The translations under genes were made by a program, and so were the position numbers. Positions 59,515-64,000 of a stretch of DNA of 64,000 nucleotides are shown one piece after another; position 1 is the first letter of the stretch; every line of letters begins with the position of its first letter. Origin of the DNA: Dehalococcoidia bacterium (lineage in GTDB: Bacteria > Chloroflexota > Dehalococcoidia > Lucifugimonadales > VXLM01); assembly GCA_963662435.1 (NCBI GenBank), contig OY759598.1, positions 3,814,507-3,878,506 of the forward strand. Direction: 5' to 3'. The notes under the pieces are model-generated. The model saw only the letters and a program-made list of their open reading frames with translations. It searched no databases and was not told the origin of the DNA.

Positions 59515-59934
59515 GTGCTAGGCATCCTGTTCGCTCTGTGCGCCGCGGTGGGATTCGGGGCCACGGCCTTCTTTGCCAGGCTCAGTGTCCAGCACATGAG
59601 GCCGACGTCCGGCGTTATCGTTTCACTCGTCGTTGGCGTGATTTGCACTGCGGGACTCGTAGTCGTGATGGACGGAGCCGAGGCGGTCGCGCTCAAGTGG
59701 TCCCAGATAGCGCTCCTGTTCCTTGCCGGACTTGCCAGCTTCGTCGGTGGTCGCCTGCTTAACTTCGTCGCCGTCTCCAAGATCGGCGTCTCCCGGTCGA
59801 GTCCGGTTGTGGGAGCATCCCCGCTCTTCGCCGTTGTCCTCGCAATCCTCTTGTTGGGCGAAACGCCGAATCTTACGGTCGCCATTGGCACAATCTCCAT
59901 CATCACCGGCGTCGTGGTCGTGTTGAGCAAATGA
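59515..59934 (+). CDS. EamA/DMT family half-size transporter
   Basis: About five TM helices, IGVSRSSP, SPLFAV, LGE. Confidence 0.75.
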   Translation: MLGILFALCAAVGFGATAFFARLSVQHMRPTSGVIVSLVVGVICTAGLVVVMDGAEAVALKWSQIALLFLAGLASFVGGRLLNFVAVSKIGVSRSSPVVGASPLFAVVLAILLLGETPNLTVAIGTISIITGVVVVLSK

Positions 59935-60401
59935 CGGACCAGATCGAGAACGGAGATGGTCGTCGGACCCTCCAGGGCTACTTGGCCTCGGCTGGCTCCG
60001 CGGCCGGGTACGGCTTTGGCACCTACTTCGCCTACCTGGTGATCCGCGACGGCGTGCCGCCCATGACGGCTACCTTCTTCTCACTCGTATTCGGTCTGCT
60101 GCTCATGGCGGTCCTCTTCCCTCGACCCGCGTTGGTCGACCTGAAGCTGGCCTCACTTCGCGGGTGGATGGTAGTATCAATGTCCGGTCTGGCCTCGGCA
60201 TTTGGCGTCACGTCGTTTTACCTGTCACTCGATCGGGTCTCGGTCGTGATTGCATCTCCGGTGGCTGGGGCCAATCCACTCGTGGCAATACTCATGACGC
60301 ACATCTTCCTGCAACGCCTGGAAAAGGTCTCCGGCAGGACGGTCATCGGCGCGATTCTGGTCGTGGCGGGTGTGGCGCTCGTCACAGTTGGAACGGCGTA
60401 A
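59931..60401 (+). CDS. EamA/DMT family half-size transporter
   Basis: About five TM helices, VVIASP, NPLV, LEKV; ATGA-coupled to the previous gene. Confidence 0.75.
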   Translation: MTDQIENGDGRRTLQGYLASAGSAAGYGFGTYFAYLVIRDGVPPMTATFFSLVFGLLLMAVLFPRPALVDLKLASLRGWMVVSMSGLASAFGVTSFYLSLDRVSVVIASPVAGANPLVAILMTHIFLQRLEKVSGRTVIGAILVVAGVALVTVGTA

Positions 60402-60425
60402 TTCAATTGGATCGGAACTAGCATA

Positions 60426-62660
60426 ATGGCCCCTAGCAAAGAGACACTGGATGCCCTCGCCATCTCGGACGGTGAATACGAGGCCATAGTCGAACGACTG
60501 GGCCGCGAACCGAACGAGTTGGAGCTTGGACTCTTCGGTTCGCTCTGGAGCGAGCACTGCGCTTACAAGCACTCGAAGCCCCTCCTCCGAACGCTGCCCA
60601 ACACCAGCCCGCGGATGCTAGTCGCCCCCGGACAGGAGAACGCGGGCGCGGTCGACATCGGCAACGGCCTCGCCGTCGTGATGAAGATCGAGTCGCACAA
60701 TCACCCCTCGGCCATCGAGCCCTATGAAGGCGCAGCGACCGGTGTCGGCGGGATCGTCAGGGACATCTTCGCAATGGGCGCCCGTCCGATCGCACTGATG
60801 AACTCCCTCCGGTTCGGACGTCCCAACACCGCGCGGAACCGCTATCTTTTTGGAGGAGTCGTTGCAGGCATCTCGGAGTACGGCAACTGCATCGGCATTC
60901 CCAACGTAGGCGGCGAGGTCGTCTTCTCCGATTCCTACGCCGACAACCCTCTCGTCAACGCGATGTGCGTGGGCGTTGTGCAGTCGGACAGCATGATGAG
61001 CGCGACGACGGCCGGCCCGGGCAATCTGCTCATGCTGGTCGGCGCAGACACCGGACGAGACGGCATTCACGGCGCGTCCGGCCTCGCGTCGCGCAGCTTC
61101 GAGGAAGAACGCGAGCTCCGCCCAGCCGTTCAGGTGGGCAACCCGTTCCTGGAGAAGGTCCTAATCGAGGCGTGCTTGGAACTCGCCGACTCCGGATACC
61201 TCGTCGGCCTGCAGGACCTTGGCGCGGCCGGACTTTCGACCGCCTCAATTGAGACGGCGGGTAAGGGCGAAACGGGCATCCGCATCGATGTGTCGCAGGT
61301 GGCCAGACGGGAATCGGGCATGACCCCTTACGAGGTAATGCTCTCGGAGAGCCAGGAGCGCATGCTCGTCATCGTGCCCCCTGAGCACGAAGGCGAGGTC
61401 ATCAAGATACTGGAAAAGTGGGACCTTCACGTCACCGTCGTCGGCGAGTCAACCGAAGATGGCGATGTGTGCATCCAGGATAACGGTCGTGAGCATGGAC
61501 GGCTGCCCGTCGGTCTGCTAATCGACGCGCCAACGTACCGGCTCACCGGCAAGAAACCCCAGTGGCTGACGGACGCGCAGGATTTCGACCTCAACCAGGT
61601 CCCTATGCCGGAAGAATCGCCCGCCGACATCCTCCTACGCCTTCTCGCATCACCGAATATCGCTTCCAAGCTGTCGGTATACCGCCAGTACGACCACCAG
61701 GTCCAGACCAACACGGTAATTGCTCCGGGCGGGGACGCCGCGTTGCTGCGGGTAAAGGGCACCAGCACTGGCATCGCCCTCGCCACTGACGGAAACGGGC
61801 GGAAGTGCTACCTCGACCCGTATGTCGGCGGGATGATCGCCGTCGCGGAGGCTTGCCGCAACGTCTCCACCGTCGGCGCGACACCGATTGCGCTGACCGA
61901 CTGCCTCAACTTTGGCAACCCGGAGAAGCCGGAGGTCTACTACCAGCTTGAGGAATGCGTGAAGGGGATGTCCGCGGCAAGCTCTGCCTTCGCCGCGCCC
62001 GTGATCAGCGGCAACGTCAGCCTCTACAATGAATCGCGCGGACGCGACATCTACCCGACTCCCATAATAGGGGCCCTCGGCCTGCTCGACGACGTAACCG
62101 CCCACGCGACCATGGCCTTCAAGAACGAGGGCGATGTCGTCGTCCTGCTAGGCTCCAAGGAGGTGCGCGGAGACGCTGCCTCCCTCGCCGGAAGCGAGTA
62201 CCTTGAATTAGTCCACGACAAGGTCGCCGGCCGCCCAACCATCGACCTGGACCTCGAAGCCGCCGTCCAGCGAGTGTGCCGACGAGCCGTCTCCGAAGGC
62301 ATCGTCAACTCCGCACATGACTGCTCAGACGGTGGCCTTGCCGTCGCCCTCGCCGAGAGCTGCATAGCAGGCAACATCGGGTTCACCGGCTCGTTCGCCA
62401 TGCACGGACGATGGGACGCCGCCCTCTTCGGCGAGACCGAGTCACGCATCGTCGTCTCCTTCCCCGAAGATAGGCTCATACGATTGGTAGAGCTATGCTC
62501 CGAGGAGGGAGTGCCCTCCGTCGTGCTAGGAAGGGTAGGGGGAAGCAGACTCTCATTGGTGAGCGGCATCGATTTTGAACTCGACGAGGTAGACGACGCA
62601 TGGAGCGGCGGGCTGGAGAGGGCTGTGGGAGGAGAGGAGTCGCTGGGGACGCGGTTGTAA
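60426..62660 (+). CDS. purL: FGAM synthase subunit PurL
   Basis: WSEHCAYK, ESHNHPS, DLGAAGL, SESQERM, DCLNFGNP, HDCSDGG. Confidence 0.98.
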   Translation: MAPSKETLDALAISDGEYEAIVERLGREPNELELGLFGSLWSEHCAYKHSKPLLRTLPNTSPRMLVAPGQENAGAVDIGNGLAVVMKIESHNHPSAIEPYEGAATGVGGIVRDIFAMGARPIALMNSLRFGRPNTARNRYLFGGVVAGISEYGNCIGIPNVGGEVVFSDSYADNPLVNAMCVGVVQSDSMMSATTAGPGNLLMLVGADTGRDGIHGASGLASRSFEEERELRPAVQVGNPFLEKVLIEACLELADSGYLVGLQDLGAAGLSTASIETAGKGETGIRIDVSQVARRESGMTPYEVMLSESQERMLVIVPPEHEGEVIKILEKWDLHVTVVGESTEDGDVCIQDNGREHGRLPVGLLIDAPTYRLTGKKPQWLTDAQDFDLNQVPMPEESPADILLRLLASPNIASKLSVYRQYDHQVQTNTVIAPGGDAALLRVKGTSTGIALATDGNGRKCYLDPYVGGMIAVAEACRNVSTVGATPIALTDCLNFGNPEKPEVYYQLEECVKGMSAASSAFAAPVISGNVSLYNESRGRDIYPTPIIGALGLLDDVTAHATMAFKNEGDVVVLLGSKEVRGDAASLAGSEYLELVHDKVAGRPTIDLDLEAAVQRVCRRAVSEGIVNSAHDCSDGGLAVALAESCIAGNIGFTGSFAMHGRWDAALFGETESRIVVSFPEDRLIRLVELCSEEGVPSVVLGRVGGSRLSLVSGIDFELDEVDDAWSGGLERAVGGEESLGTRL

Positions 62661-62736
62661 GGTCAGAGCGAGCATGACCGCTGCGTTTGTCATTCGGATG
62701 ACCGAATTGGAAGCACGCTTCAAAACACCCCCCAAT

Positions 62737-62803
62737 TTGACACCCCCGTAGCTGGAGTGCTACGCTGAGTCGAGTGTTAGCAGCCGCTCAAATGGGCTGC
62801 TAA
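62737..62803 (+). promoter_or_regulatory. Promoter with two CIRCE-like (HrcA) operators
   Basis: TTGACA-18-TACGCT (TG-extended); TTGACACCC-N9-GAGTGCTAC at 62737-62763 and TTAGCAGCC-N9-GGCTGCTAA at 62777-62803. Confidence 0.6.
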
Positions 62804-62828
62804 CTTTCCGTGAGAGATGGAGGTGTTC

Positions 62829-63155
62829 ATGCCCAGGTACGACTACCGCTGTACGGGTTGCGGGCATGAGTTCGAGATCAAGCAGAGTTTCTCCGACGAG
62901 CCGGTTGCCCACTGTCCCCAGTGCGGCGTCGAGTCTCGTCGCGTAATCCACTCTGTCCCTGTCGTCTTCAAGGGCAGCGGGTTCTACGTCAACGACTACG
63001 GCAAGGGCGGAGGCTCCAACGGGAGGTCGAAGCCCGAGTCCGATGAGTCGTCCGACTCTGACTCCGATTCCAAGTCCGACTCGAAGTCGAAGGAATCGAA
63101 GGACTCCAAGAAGTCCGAGTCCGCCAAGGACAAGGAACCGGCCTCCACCACCTAG
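62829..63155 (+). CDS. FmdB-family zinc ribbon protein with disordered Ser/Lys/Asp tail
   Basis: MPRYDYRCTGCG, CPQCG, FKGSGFYVND. Confidence 0.92.
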   Translation: MPRYDYRCTGCGHEFEIKQSFSDEPVAHCPQCGVESRRVIHSVPVVFKGSGFYVNDYGKGGGSNGRSKPESDESSDSDSDSKSDSKSKESKDSKKSESAKDKEPASTT

Positions 63156-63252
63156 GAACTATCTCAAGACACGTTCGACCTGAGCCTGTCGAAGGGCAGT
63201 TGGGCGCAGATGATGGTAGTTTTGAGGATTCCTTTACAGGGGCAGCATCCCA

Positions 63253-63717
63253 TTGAAGGCGTTGGTGCAGAGGGTCTCCGAGGCGTCCGTCACCGTCGAT
63301 GAGGAGACCGTCGGCAAGATCGGGCCGGGGTTCGTTGTTCTTGTCGGAGTTTCACGCGACGACACCGAGGCCGACGCGGACTACATCGTCAATAAGGTCG
63401 TCAACCTCCGCGTGTTCGCCGACGAAGACGGCAAGTTCAACCACTCGGCCATGGACGTTGGAGCCGACCTTCTCCTGATCAGCCAGTTCACCCTGCACGC
63501 CGACACCCGCAAGGGCCGCCGTCCGAGCTTCATTCACGCCGCGGGACCCGACCTCGCCGAGTCGCTGTTCGACCAGACCGTCGGCAAGTTTCGCGAGACA
63601 GGCCTCCGAGTCGAAACGGGCGTCTTCCAGGCGTACATGATGGTCTCGCTGACCAACGACGGCCCGGTCACCATCATGATTGACTCCGCCGACAAGGAAC
63701 GCCCCCGCAGGGGCTAG
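63253..63717 (+). CDS. dtd: D-aminoacyl-tRNA deacylase
   Basis: QRVSEASV, SQFTL, NDGPVT. Confidence 0.96.
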   Translation: MKALVQRVSEASVTVDEETVGKIGPGFVVLVGVSRDDTEADADYIVNKVVNLRVFADEDGKFNHSAMDVGADLLLISQFTLHADTRKGRRPSFIHAAGPDLAESLFDQTVGKFRETGLRVETGVFQAYMMVSLTNDGPVTIMIDSADKERPRRG

Positions 63718-63726
63718 CGCCCTCGT

Positions 63727-64000
63727 TTACCCCATGTCCAGCAGTTCGAGGCTGATGTCGAGCCCCGTGACCGAGTGAGTCAGCGCCCCCACGGATATCC
63801 TGTCCACTCCCGTCGCGGCAACCTCACGGACGTTTTCCAGCGTGATGCCTCCCGACGCCTCCGTGAGCGCGCGACCGTCGACGACCTTGACCGCCTCCGC
63901 CATCTCGGTAGGGGACATGTTGTCCAGCATGACGATGTCCGCCCCGGCCGCGGCGGCCTCCTCTACTTGTTCGAGCGTTTCGACCTCGATCTCGATCTCC
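63727..64000 (-). CDS. nadC: Nicotinate-nucleotide pyrophosphorylase, 3' part
   Basis: EIEVETLEQ, IVMLDNM, EASGGIT, ISVGALTHS; the 5' end lies beyond the window. Confidence 0.93.
   Translation of the reverse strand, partial: EIEIEVETLEQVEEAAAAGADIVMLDNMSPTEMAEAVKVVDGRALTEASGGITLENVREVAATGVDRISVGALTHSVTGLDISLELLDMG

Noticed and set aside
1..64000. CRISPR array, tRNA or rRNA genes
   Set aside because: No regularly spaced repeat-spacer array, cas genes or recognisable tRNA/rRNA seen; the repeats are dispersed intergenic palindromes or coding repeats.

Overview
GC-rich bacterial chromosomal window. Gene content and style (Pro/Thr-linker lipoproteins, tandem DSD1-type enzymes, a giant cadherin/FN3/LRR surface protein) suggest Chloroflexota (Dehalococcoidia/SAR202-like), possibly host-associated; this is inference only. 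Core genes: a caa3-type cytochrome c oxidase operon with assembly genes (ctaA-ctaB-ctaCDEF-ctaG-sco), infC-rpmI-rplT, a cobalamin-riboswitch-controlled corrinoid salvage operon (btuCFD-cobO-cobT-cobS-cobC-cobU) with a convergent cobQ, a sarcosine-oxidase-family cluster, lspA-rluD, a Fur/Zur regulator with a metal ABC transporter, gltX, purQ/purL, dtd and nadC. Most notable: (1) an AT-richer island encoding a GNAT-PIN-GNAT-EVE-like protein plus an ASCH protein. The large gene is split by a 2057-bp IS1595-family element with perfect 23-bp TIRs and an 8-bp TSD, which carries passenger genes and a long hairpin; removing it restores a 675-aa ORF. (2) Two NCS2-fold permeases with a degenerate signature and a fused RsbW-like domain, flanking a clade-D beta-carbonic anhydrase. 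(3) A tandem DSD1/D-threonine-aldolase pair in which one copy lacks the PLP lysine and the metal ligands. Smaller observations include an unannotated CxxC mini-protein next to zur, a start-less hicA, a frameshifted btuD, CIRCE-like operators before an FmdB gene and an ATA-initiated infC.
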